Assembly (NCBI GenBank): GCA_903822335.1
Contig: CAIJOT010000150.1
Span: 1-51,508 of the forward strand
Source of the DNA: an uncultured delta proteobacterium
Lineage (GTDB): Bacteria > Desulfobacterota > Syntrophorhabdia > Syntrophorhabdales > Syntrophorhabdaceae
Reading direction: 5' to 3'
Length of the DNA stretch: 51,508 nucleotides
Positions 8,412 through 16,854 of the stretch are shown piece after piece. The notes under the pieces are model-generated. The model saw only the letters and a program-made list of their open reading frames with translations, did no database searches and was not told the DNA's origin. Position 1 is the stretch's first letter. Each line of letters opens with the position of its first letter. A program made the translations under genes and the position numbers.

Positions 8412-9652
8412 CTTATAGCGCCTTTATGATTCTTGCCTGCCCTGCTGTTCCTTGCTAATACTGAATAAAGAATCTTGGTAATTCTCTCTGATGCCTTACC
8501 GTCACCATAAGGATTTACAGATTTTGACATCTTTTCGTAAAGAACCTGATTCTCCAACAATTCTATTGTGTTTTTCACTATGGTGTCTTCGTCAGTTCCT
8601 ACGAGCTTCACAACACCCGCCTCTATACCTTCCGGCCTCTCGGTTGTATTTCTCATAACCAACACTGGTTTACTAAGTGAAGGGGCTTCTTCCTGAATAC
8701 CACCTGAATCAGTCAGAATTAAATATGAACTATTCATTAAAAAAACAAATTGCTCATATTCGAGCGGTTCAATAAGGTGGATATTGTCTATTCCGCCCAG
8801 TATCCTCTTTACGGGACCCTGGACATTCGGGTTTAAATGAACAGGATACACTATTTCTATATCACCCCTTTCCTCGGCAATTGTTCTCAAAGCCTGGCAG
8901 ATATTTTCAAATCCCTCACCAAAGCTTTCTCTTCTGTGACAGGTAACCAGAATCAGTTGCGAGTTGCGAGTTGCGAGTTTCGAGTTCCAAGTTCCAAGTT
9001 CCAAGTTATACTGCTTTTTGAAATAATCCTGATAAGCCTTTCTGCTGACTGCTGACTGCTGACTACTGACTACCTGTAGGAGCGCATCTATCACCGTATT
9101 TCCTGTTACCCAAATGTTCTCAGAAGGAATGCCTTCTTTCAGGAGGTTAGACTTACTCCATTCTGTCGGGGCAAAGTGGTAATCGGTTAAAACGCTCAAC
9201 AGATGCCTATTCCTTTCCTCAGGGAAAGGATTATATTTGTTATAAGTCCGTAGTCCTGCTTCAACGTGACCCACAGGTACTTTCAAATAAAAAGCTGCGA
9301 GTCCTGCAATAAATGCAGTCGTGGTATCCCCCTGTACCAGCACAATATCGGGTTGCACTTTTTCAATAACTTTCTTTAGACCCTTGAGGGATTTTATTGT
9401 TATATCAAATAAATCCTGATTCTCCTTCATAATATTCAAATCATAATCAGGGAAGATGTCAAAGATAGCGAGCACCTGGTCCAGCATCTTTCTGTGCTGG
9501 GCTGTAACACATACTATAGTTGCAAATTTTGAGTTATACTCTTTGAGCTTTTTAATCACAGGAACCAGTTTAATGGCTTCCGGTCTTGTGCCAAATACCA
9601 TGAGAACCTTTTTTTTAAAATAAATTGCAGCCTCCTTATGAAAATATTTCAT
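8408..9652 (-). CDS. wecB: UDP-N-acetylglucosamine 2-epimerase (non-hydrolysing), with two in-frame heptamer-repeat-encoded insertions
   Basis: VFGTRPEAIKLVPV, HVEAGLRT, LVTCHRRESFG and TDSGGIQEEAPSL are canonical WecB motifs. Confidence 0.9.
   Translation of the reverse strand: MKYFHKEAAIYFKKKVLMVFGTRPEAIKLVPVIKKLKEYNSKFATIVCVTAQHRKMLDQVLAIFDIFPDYDLNIMKENQDLFDITIKSLKGLKKVIEKVQPDIVLVQGDTTTAFIAGLAAFYLKVPVGHVEAGLRTYNKYNPFPEERNRHLLSVLTDYHFAPTEWSKSNLLKEGIPSENIWVTGNTVIDALLQVVSSQQSAVSRKAYQDYFKKQYNLELGTWNSKLATRNSQLILVTCHRRESFGEGFENICQALRTIAEERGDIEIVYPVHLNPNVQGPVKRILGGIDNIHLIEPLEYEQFVFLMNSSYLILTDSGGIQEEAPSLSKPVLVMRNTTERPEGIEAGVVKLVGTDEDTIVKNTIELLENQVLYEKMSKSVNPYGDGKASERITKILYSVLARNSRAGKNHKGAIR
8955..9007. 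repeat. Heptanucleotide tandem array inside wecB: AGTTGCG x3, AGTTTCG, AGTTCCA x3
   Basis: Read directly from the sequence. Encodes ...NLELGTWNSKLATRNSQL... on the minus strand, just before the conserved LVTCHRRE. Confidence 0.95.
9042..9073. repeat. Heptanucleotide tandem array inside wecB: CTGCTGA x3, CTACTGA, CTACC
   Basis: Read directly from the sequence. Encodes QVVSSQQSAVSR on the minus strand. Confidence 0.95.
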
Positions 9653-9668
9653 TACGAGGTTAAAGAAC

Positions 9669-10385
9669 TCATTCTTTTCGGGCCATAAAAATCAAATCTT
9701 CACCATCAAGCATGGTATCCGATAGATAGAAAGGGTCTCCGGGAAACCTTTTTTTTGTCTTGTGTTTAATGATTAACTTGATGAGAGGATGGATCAGCTT
9801 CCACTTTCTTACTGCTTTATTCATCTCGATTTTTTCCACAGCAAAACCATACTTTGAAAGGATATGTCTCATCTCGCCATAAAAAACAGGATTGATGTGC
9901 TGGTGGTCGTATTCTTCGATAACGTGTCTTGATTGTCCCCTTACTGGCCCGAAATATCTGAAATAATCGAGATAACTACAGAAGAGGAATCTCAGACGTG
10001 ATTTAACTGTCATTACATTAGGGGTTGTTATAATCAAAAAACCGTCCTTTTTCAGGACCCTTGCGCATTCTCTAACCAGGTGATGCGGATTTTCTATATG
10101 CTCAACCCCTTCAATACAGATTATATAATCGAAACTGTTACTCGTGAAGGGGAGATTGCTGTTCAAGTCAAGCTGCGTAGCTCTTTCGTTCCTATATAAT
10201 ATGTTATCTACCTCAAAATCACCGAGAAAGACCTTGAATCCAATGGCTTCGAGATTTTTTGAAAATGTCCCCTGCCCTGATGGAACATCCAGAACGGTCC
10301 CTCTTTGTTTTTTATTCATAAAATGCAGAATCAACTCATTCGTACCACTTAAGGCATAGTTCTTCAGTCCATTCATAACCTTCAT
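9669..10385 (-). CDS. Class I SAM-dependent methyltransferase (paralog of 6557-7315)
   Basis: VLDVPSGQGTFS, FDYIICIEGVEHIENP, LKKDGFLIITTPNVMTVKSRLRFLF. The two proteins align along their whole length. Confidence 0.75.
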   Translation of the reverse strand: MKVMNGLKNYALSGTNELILHFMNKKQRGTVLDVPSGQGTFSKNLEAIGFKVFLGDFEVDNILYRNERATQLDLNSNLPFTSNSFDYIICIEGVEHIENPHHLVRECARVLKKDGFLIITTPNVMTVKSRLRFLFCSYLDYFRYFGPVRGQSRHVIEEYDHQHINPVFYGEMRHILSKYGFAVEKIEMNKAVRKWKLIHPLIKLIIKHKTKKRFPGDPFYLSDTMLDGEDLIFMARKE

Positions 10386-11689
10386 CTTCCACTAATTTTC
10401 ATGCCTTCAATATATAAAGAGGGAGAACCACAAACCCCATAAAACTTCAGGTCTGTGCCAACTTCCCTCACGTTGTTCAATAAATCAAATATGTTCCCTG
10501 AAAATATTACCCCTTTGAATGGCTGTTCTGTCCCATTCTTTAATACATGGCCAACTGCTCCAAGAGAAAAATCACCGGTGATTGGATTTGCAGTATGTGT
10601 CCCCATCAACTCCTCGATAACAATGCCTTCTGACAAAGACTTTCCTATATCCCTTTCTCCTTTTTCTATAAAACAACCTCTCGGTGCACAAAGGGGTGGC
10701 TCTTTCACCCCGCTTCTCACCCCATTTCCGGTTGATACTTTGCTAAATTTTTTTCCATAATAAGTATCATAAAGAAACGCTTCGAAATATCCATTTTTCA
10801 CAAGAATGGTCTCTCCTGACGGTACACCTTCACCGTCAAAAGGGAAACTACCCATCCCTTCTATCCCCGAATCCATAATATTTATGGTATCGGAAAAGCA
10901 TTTTACCCCAATCTTATCCTTGAGTTTTGTCTTATTCTTGTAAAGACTTTCAGCAAGAAAAGAACCGGAAAGTATACTTAACATCTCACAAGAAGCCTGA
11001 GGGGTGAGAATCCCCTCATAAGTCCCTGTATGGATCTGTTCACTAAAGAGAAAAGAGATTGCCTTTTTTGCTATATCCATACCTAATGCTCTTCCATCTA
11101 TTTCTTTGAATGAGTGGGCCCATGACCAGTCATACCAGGAGACCTCATCTTTGTCCTTTGCGACACATAGCGCAACAAGGGTATATAATGTCTTTCTGCC
11201 TTCTGCTCTCAACCCATTGGAATTGATAATCCTAACCTGAATCTCAGTTTCCTGGAGTTGACAGTTCCTCGTTGCAACGATCCTTTTATCATAATCCAGT
11301 ATTGTCTTTTCCATTTCTAAAAGTAGAGCGGCTTTCTGTTCGTCATCAACTTTCAATCCTTCGCTATCATACAGATTCAGTGATGGATAACTGTTATATT
11401 GTCTTGAAAAGCCAGCATCATTATCAGTCTCCATAAACAATATCAGTGTTGTTGCATTCTCTAACAACGAATCTACAGCCTCATGCCCCCTGTCATAGGT
11501 GTATGAAAATACGATTTTGTTATCCTTAATAGCCCTCAGGGCAATCCCTTCTTCCTCTTTCAATTCTACACCATATAATTCCTTGTCCCTGCTCTCATAT
11601 TTTTTTACCTTCTCCTTCATGAAGAAAAGTTCATAGCAGTTCATAGCCTCTCTTATACCATCTTCAGTGCTGGTATGTTCCATAGCCAT
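10382..11689 (-). CDS. TldD/PmbA-family metalloprotease
   Basis: 435 aa. The C-terminal GNGVRSG...ELMGTHTANPITGDFSLGAVG is typical of PmbA/TldD. ATGA overlap with the downstream methyltransferase. Confidence 0.75.
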   Translation of the reverse strand: MAMEHTSTEDGIREAMNCYELFFMKEKVKKYESRDKELYGVELKEEEGIALRAIKDNKIVFSYTYDRGHEAVDSLLENATTLILFMETDNDAGFSRQYNSYPSLNLYDSEGLKVDDEQKAALLLEMEKTILDYDKRIVATRNCQLQETEIQVRIINSNGLRAEGRKTLYTLVALCVAKDKDEVSWYDWSWAHSFKEIDGRALGMDIAKKAISFLFSEQIHTGTYEGILTPQASCEMLSILSGSFLAESLYKNKTKLKDKIGVKCFSDTINIMDSGIEGMGSFPFDGEGVPSGETILVKNGYFEAFLYDTYYGKKFSKVSTGNGVRSGVKEPPLCAPRGCFIEKGERDIGKSLSEGIVIEELMGTHTANPITGDFSLGAVGHVLKNGTEQPFKGVIFSGNIFDLLNNVREVGTDLKFYGVCGSPSLYIEGMKISGR

Positions 11690-11754
11690 CTCCTTGAAAA
11701 TGAAATATGAAAAAATATTATAGGTTACATGTTATTTGTTGCAGGATAAAACCT

Positions 11755-11775
11755 GAAACTCGTAACTCGCAACTG
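11755..11775. repeat. Heptamer array GAAACTC GTAACTC GCAACTG (reverse complement of the GTTNCGA family)
   Basis: Lies in the intergenic region between pmbA and the GNAT gene. The 12-mer GTTGCGAGTTAC (minus strand, 11774-11763) is identical to 37245-37256 on the plus strand. Confidence 0.85.
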
Positions 11776-11792
11776 TTCATCTTTTGTATCCA

Positions 11793-12242
11793 TCAAACCT
11801 TCATAATCATTGCAATTTCATCACATTCCGGAAACTTAGGGCATCTTATACAATCAGACCATATCTTCTGGGGAAGTTCCTTTTTATCTACAGACAGAAA
11901 GCCACATTTTTTAAAAAATCTATCCTGGTAGGTAAGGAGGAATATCTTTCCTATCTTTAAACTTTTTGCCTCCTCAACGCAGGCCTCAACAATCTTTTTA
12001 CCGATACCGTTCAGCCTTGTTGGCTCGACCACACATACAGACCTTATCTCTGCAAGGTCTTCCCAGCATATATGCAATGCACCCATCCCTAAAATATTCC
12101 CCTCTTCTTCATAAATAAAATAATCCCGCATATTATCGTACAATTCACCCAAAGACCTCGCCAGCATCTCGCCGCGGGATGCAGAAAGGTTTATAATACC
12201 ATGGATCTTCTTCACATCTTCAATGCACGCTTTTCTCAACAT
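11793..12242 (-). CDS. GNAT-family N-acetyltransferase (short ArgA-like amino-acid acetyltransferase type)
   Basis: 149 aa. RLNGIGKKIVEACVEEA matches the acetyl-CoA motif (R/Q-x-x-G-x-G/A). Overlaps the recN 3' end by 23 nt. Confidence 0.7.
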   Translation of the reverse strand: MLRKACIEDVKKIHGIINLSASRGEMLARSLGELYDNMRDYFIYEEEGNILGMGALHICWEDLAEIRSVCVVEPTRLNGIGKKIVEACVEEAKSLKIGKIFLLTYQDRFFKKCGFLSVDKKELPQKIWSDCIRCPKFPECDEIAMIMKV

Positions 12243-13839
12243 TCTGGAGCATCTCCTCTGCCCTTTGTAGTGTTTTTTCTGTTATTGTTGTGCCGCCTGA
12301 CATTCGTGCTATCTCAGCTACCCTCTCGCCCTCTGAGAGTTTTTTAATACCAGTTTTTGTAGCTTCCCGCTCAAAATATTTTTCTACGAGAAAGTGATGG
12401 TCACCGTATACTGCTATCTGGGGAAGATGGGTGATGCATATAACCTGATGTTTTTTCGCAAGGTCCTTCAGCCGTCTACCCACCATATCGGCAACCCTCC
12501 CACCAATACCTGCATCCACCTCATCAAAAATCAATGTCTTTTCTTCTTCGCCCCCAATAACCTTCTTAATTGCAAGCATTATTCTCGACAACTCCCCACC
12601 TGATGCGATCTTTCTCAAAGGTTTCAGAGGTTCTCCAGGGTTTGTACTAATCATGAACTCGATATCATCTCTGCCATCTTCATCAATACTGCCCTTATCT
12701 GCTATCTCAATCTCAAACTTCAATCCCTTCATGGAAAGAAAGCTGAGCTCATCAACGATTGCCTTCTCAATAGCCCCTGTTCCTTTTTTCCTCTTCATAG
12801 TCAGTCTATCTGCAAGCTTTCCCACTTCACTTTCGAGAGAGCTCTTCTTCTTCTCAAGTTCCCCTATATTTTCAGAAAGGGTTGTAAGATATGCAAGCCT
12901 TTCCTTTGCTGATGCTTCATACTCTTCAATATCCCCATAAGTCTTACCATATTTATTTTTAAGCTCATAAATTTTTGATAATCTTTCCTCGAGCATCTGT
13001 AGTTCATCGGGTTCGTATAACAAACCCTTTTCAATATCCTTTATCTCCATCAACACATCTTCCACATCAAAGGATATTGATTCTATCCTGTTTTTCAATT
13101 TATCAATAGCTTCAATATTGCTGAAGGACTTAAGCAAACCAGTAAACCTTTTCAGATTCACATGGACGGAATTTTCACCTTCATACAGGCTGTCTACCAC
13201 AACCCCAAGGCTACTCTTTATCTTCTCAGCATCTTTCAATATCTTCAGCCTCTCTTTTATAAGTTCCTCTTCACCCTCCTTTATGTTCTCCCTCTCAATT
13301 TCCTCCACCTGAAACTCTAACAGGGCAATTTCCTTGCCCCTCCCCTCTACCTCTTTCTTCTTCCTCTCCAACTCTCCTTCAACCTTCTTTAACATCCCTA
13401 CTTTTTCCCCAAGGAATTGTCTTTCTCCATCAAGGGAAAGAAGGCTATCAATAATCCCTGTATAACTTTCCTTATTGAGAAGATATTGAAATTCATTCTG
13501 GCCGTATATATTGATAAGCATATTCCCCGTCTCTTCTAATCTACTCAATGTCACAGGGTTATCATTCAGGAATGCCCTCGACCTGCCCGATATACCCATT
13601 ATCCTCCGTAACACAAACTCGTCAGCACTATAAAAAAAATGCCCAATGACTTCAGCCTGTTGCGCATTGCTCCTGATCATATCAGATGAAGTCTTCGCAT
13701 TCATCAGCGTTGAAAGGGCATTTATTATGATCGACTTGCCTGCTCCTGTTTCTCCTGTTATCACATTAAACCCTTCCCCAAACTCTACCTGCAGTTCATC
13801 TATTATCGCAAAACCTTTCACCTTAAGAAAGGTCAGCAT
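12220..13839 (-). CDS. recN: DNA repair protein RecN
   Basis: Walker A ITGETGAGKSIIINAL, a long coiled-coil middle, the signature ASGGELSRIMLAIK and Walker B LIFDEVDAGIGG. Confidence 0.9.
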   Translation of the reverse strand: MLTFLKVKGFAIIDELQVEFGEGFNVITGETGAGKSIIINALSTLMNAKTSSDMIRSNAQQAEVIGHFFYSADEFVLRRIMGISGRSRAFLNDNPVTLSRLEETGNMLINIYGQNEFQYLLNKESYTGIIDSLLSLDGERQFLGEKVGMLKKVEGELERKKKEVEGRGKEIALLEFQVEEIERENIKEGEEELIKERLKILKDAEKIKSSLGVVVDSLYEGENSVHVNLKRFTGLLKSFSNIEAIDKLKNRIESISFDVEDVLMEIKDIEKGLLYEPDELQMLEERLSKIYELKNKYGKTYGDIEEYEASAKERLAYLTTLSENIGELEKKKSSLESEVGKLADRLTMKRKKGTGAIEKAIVDELSFLSMKGLKFEIEIADKGSIDEDGRDDIEFMISTNPGEPLKPLRKIASGGELSRIMLAIKKVIGGEEEKTLIFDEVDAGIGGRVADMVGRRLKDLAKKHQVICITHLPQIAVYGDHHFLVEKYFEREATKTGIKKLSEGERVAEIARMSGGTTITEKTLQRAEEMLQNVEKSVH

Positions 13840-13841
13840 CG

Positions 13842-14708
13842 TTACCTTTCACCCCATTTCAATTTTGTCCTTAAGATTTCAAAGTACCCTTTTGATAAAG
13901 ATTTAATAAGGCTTACGGTATGGGAAGATTTCTTTACCAACACTTCATCACCGTATTCCAAGGGAAAACCAATCTGTCCATTGAGGGTCAGGACAACCCT
14001 TTCATCCTTTGATTTTAGTACCGCTTTAATGACCACCTCTTCGGGTAGTATGATAGGCCTGTTCGTAAGCATATGGGGGCATATAGGCGTAACAATAATG
14101 TTCTTTAAAGAAGGGTACAGTATTGGCCCCCCTGCTGCCAGTGAATAACCGGTAGAACCTGTCGGTGTTGAAAATATTAGACCATCAGCCTTGTAGGTTG
14201 TCAGGTATTCGTCATTTACATACGTTTCTATATCGATAATCCTTGCGAGGGCATCCTTTGTGATTACCGCATCGTTCAAAATTGTAAATTCAAACACCTC
14301 GTCTTTCTCCCTTCTCACCCTCACGTCGAGCATTATCCTCTTCGATATATCGTATTCACCTCTTAAAATATGCTCTATCATTGATGGCAGTTCTTCCACA
14401 GAAATCTCTGTTAAAAAACCAAGCCCTCCAAGATTCACTCCAAGAATTGGCACATCCTTCCCCCGCAATTGCCTCGAAACACTGAGCAATGTCCCGTCCC
14501 CACCAAGAACTATAATCAGGTTTGCTTCCTCACCAACATGCTCCATCTCCAGATACTTTTCATAACCCAATATCCTTGCTGATTCCTCGTCCATATAGAT
14601 ATCGTTATACCCACCAAATCTCTCTATAATATGTCCTGCTATTCTCGTTGCGTCTTCTTTTCTTCTCTTGCATATAATATGGATATTTTTCATTGAATTA
14701 TCCCTCAA
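13842..14708 (-). CDS. nadK: NAD+ kinase
   Basis: The GGDGTLL motif, NLGGLGFL and TPTGSTGYSLAAGGP. The nadK-recN linkage is conserved in many bacteria. Confidence 0.9.
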   Translation of the reverse strand: MRDNSMKNIHIICKRRKEDATRIAGHIIERFGGYNDIYMDEESARILGYEKYLEMEHVGEEANLIIVLGGDGTLLSVSRQLRGKDVPILGVNLGGLGFLTEISVEELPSMIEHILRGEYDISKRIMLDVRVRREKDEVFEFTILNDAVITKDALARIIDIETYVNDEYLTTYKADGLIFSTPTGSTGYSLAAGGPILYPSLKNIIVTPICPHMLTNRPIILPEEVVIKAVLKSKDERVVLTLNGQIGFPLEYGDEVLVKKSSHTVSLIKSLSKGYFEILRTKLKWGER

Positions 14709-14752
14709 GTTCTGTAACTCATAAAACGTAACAGATTTTTATAGTTCTCAAC

Positions 14753-15781
14753 TTATGCATATCTCTCTTTCAGATACAGTGAAAGTTCATTAAGCAGCTC
14801 AAAAGACTTCTCTACCGTGGCTGTTTTGTCCGTATTCATCAGATTACATGTTGCCGGTGCAAGCAGGCTTTGCTGAACAATCATATGTATATCCAGCCCC
14901 TTTTTTTCCAATATCTTCCACATACTTTCAAGCCTTTTCACAATACTTTGTAAATCCTCCTTTGAAAACTCTTCATAATATGTGGGCACAATCCCCCAAC
15001 TCACAATGTTTCCTCTCTTTAAAAAATCCACCACCTTATCATAAGTAACAAAGATATCTCCAAAGGCATAGGCATTAAAGGATAGTATCTCTATATTCAG
15101 GGAAAGCAAAAAGTCCCAATCAGGCCTCCCGCATAAATGGAGCCCTCTCGTCCCATCAATACCATCATAAAAATCCATCAATTCCTTTTTTGCCTTTATG
15201 TTATCGTAGCCACACATAGCATTAAAAATAAATTCAAGCCCTGGGTCATCAACCCATACAAAGGCCCTATCATTCTTCTCTTTTAACTCTCTGCGCTGCA
15301 TATTGACCTTCTTCTGAATGAATGAATACGCAAGGGCACGCATCTCATCATTATAAACTATAGGCCTATCATTCTCATCTACTATTTTTAAAGCAAGACT
15401 CACAGGACTGATTACCTGGCCCCTTATTGCTTTATAAGAAGACAGATCCATCGACAAAAAACGCCTGTAGACAAGGGAGAACCTATCGGACATTGCAAAG
15501 GTCTGAAGATTATCCTCTCTCTCGAGATATTGAGGTATCTCTTCCATAAACCTGTCGGTATCCACAAAGATTCTCATGTGTTCTTCATCTATCACAACGC
15601 CTGGAAAATGTTCCATAGCCTGGACATACATATCCTCATAATAGGAAAGTTTTGGAAGTTGTGGCCAGAAAGGGATATCCATTGTGAAAGCAAGACGTAA
15701 TGCTTCATCCACATCTTCATGGGGCGTGATCCCCATTGCAGTCGTGGAAAGCCCTCCTTTCAACCCTGTCCTTCCATCCAT
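14753..15781 (-). CDS. MetE/UROD-like TIM-barrel Zn-methyltransferase-family protein (short core-MetE-like)
   Basis: 342 aa. Has IPFWPQLPK, an H-x-C motif (LHLCG) and a C-terminal Cys (PATCN), resembling the MetE zinc ligands. Paralog of 36223-37221. Confidence 0.45.
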   Translation of the reverse strand: MDGRTGLKGGLSTTAMGITPHEDVDEALRLAFTMDIPFWPQLPKLSYYEDMYVQAMEHFPGVVIDEEHMRIFVDTDRFMEEIPQYLEREDNLQTFAMSDRFSLVYRRFLSMDLSSYKAIRGQVISPVSLALKIVDENDRPIVYNDEMRALAYSFIQKKVNMQRRELKEKNDRAFVWVDDPGLEFIFNAMCGYDNIKAKKELMDFYDGIDGTRGLHLCGRPDWDFLLSLNIEILSFNAYAFGDIFVTYDKVVDFLKRGNIVSWGIVPTYYEEFSKEDLQSIVKRLESMWKILEKKGLDIHMIVQQSLLAPATCNLMNTDKTATVEKSFELLNELSLYLKERYA

Positions 15782-15883
15782 ATAAAATCCTTAACAGAAG
15801 AGTGGAGTATTGTCAATTTATAATGACACCAAATGGATAACTATATAATTTTCTTTTCACTACCTATGTTTTTATGATAATTT

Positions 15884-16120
15884 ATGAACATGTTCGGCAT
15901 CGGTCTTCCAGAGCTTATAGTAATCATGGTTGTGGCTTTAATTGTTGTTGGACCCTCTAAGCTGCCGGAACTTGCAAAATCTCTTGGAAAGGCTTTCAAT
16001 GAATTCAGAAGGATGGCAGATGAGGTAAAGGAAACGTTAGAGGAAGAAGTCTTTAAAGAAGAAGAAAAGAAAGAGGATGTTACAGAACTCAGCAGGGAAA
16101 ATGATAAAAAGGAATCATGA
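15884..16120 (+). CDS. tatA: Twin-arginine translocase subunit TatA/E
   Basis: [41 protein letters not shown]. The start may be at 15890. Confidence 0.9.
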   Translation: MNMFGIGLPELIVIMVVALIVVGPSKLPELAKSLGKAFNEFRRMADEVKETLEEEVFKEEEKKEDVTELSRENDKKES

Positions 16121-16854
16121 CCGAGGAAAAACAACCGTTCCTTTCACACTTAAAGGAATTACGAGATAGAATATTAATCTGCATCTACGCACTCGCTATA
16201 GCCTTTATTTTCACCTATTATTTTAAAGAGAGAATCTTTGACTTCCTCATGCAACCATTTATAAGGGTAATGCCGGCAAAGAGTGCGTTTATATTTACAG
16301 GCATTACTGAAGCCTTTATCACATATTTCAAAATATCCATCGTAACAGCCACGTTTATTGCAGCTCCTGTAATCCTTTACGAATTCTGGATGTTTGTTGC
16401 TCCTGGTCTCCATGAAAAAGAAAAGAGGTATGTATTTCCTTTTATTCTTTTTGGCAGTATCCTTTTTCTTTGTGGTGCGCTGTTCTGTTATTATTTTGTG
16501 ATGCCATACATATACAAATTTTTTGTGAGCTATGCAGCAGAATTCATCATACCCATGCCAGCCCTGAAGAATTATATGAGCCTTACCCTGAAGATGCTTA
16601 TCATGTTTGGATTGATATTTGAACTGCCCCTCGTAGCATTCTATCTTTCCAGGGCTGGTATTATAAACTCCAAGATGCTTTCCACAAAAAGAAGATACGC
16701 AATACTCGGTATATTTATACTCAGCGCTATTATTACCCCTCCTGATGTGGCAAGCCAGCTTCTCATGGGCATACCTTTATGGGGACTCTATGAAATCAGC
16801 ATTCTCATAGCAAGAATCTTTGGAAAGAAGGAGATTATAGATGAAAAGGCTTAA
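16117..16854 (+). CDS. tatC: Twin-arginine translocase subunit TatC
   Basis: [12 protein letters not shown] at the N-terminus, six predicted TM segments and an ATGA overlap with tatA. Confidence 0.9.
   Translation: MTEEKQPFLSHLKELRDRILICIYALAIAFIFTYYFKERIFDFLMQPFIRVMPAKSAFIFTGITEAFITYFKISIVTATFIAAPVILYEFWMFVAPGLHEKEKRYVFPFILFGSILFLCGALFCYYFVMPYIYKFFVSYAAEFIIPMPALKNYMSLTLKMLIMFGLIFELPLVAFYLSRAGIINSKMLSTKRRYAILGIFILSAIITPPDVASQLLMGIPLWGLYEISILIARIFGKKEIIDEKA

Noticed and set aside
8955-9073. Possible CRISPR array, considered for the tandem repeats here and at 24111-24146, 26682-26716 and 37245-37312
   Set aside because: The units are only 7 or 12 nt and directly abut each other with no spacers. 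There are no cas genes in the window, and two of the arrays lie inside an intact ORF.
11707-11931. 74-aa plus-strand ORF spanning the heptamer region and the GNAT gene 3' end
   Set aside because: It overlaps the GNAT gene on the opposite strand, runs through repeat DNA, and has no SD or recognisable motif.
15841-16134. 97-aa Ser-rich ORF antisense to tatA
   Set aside because: It overlaps the clearly recognisable tatA gene on the opposite strand, and its low-complexity S/F/L composition is typical of a shadow ORF.
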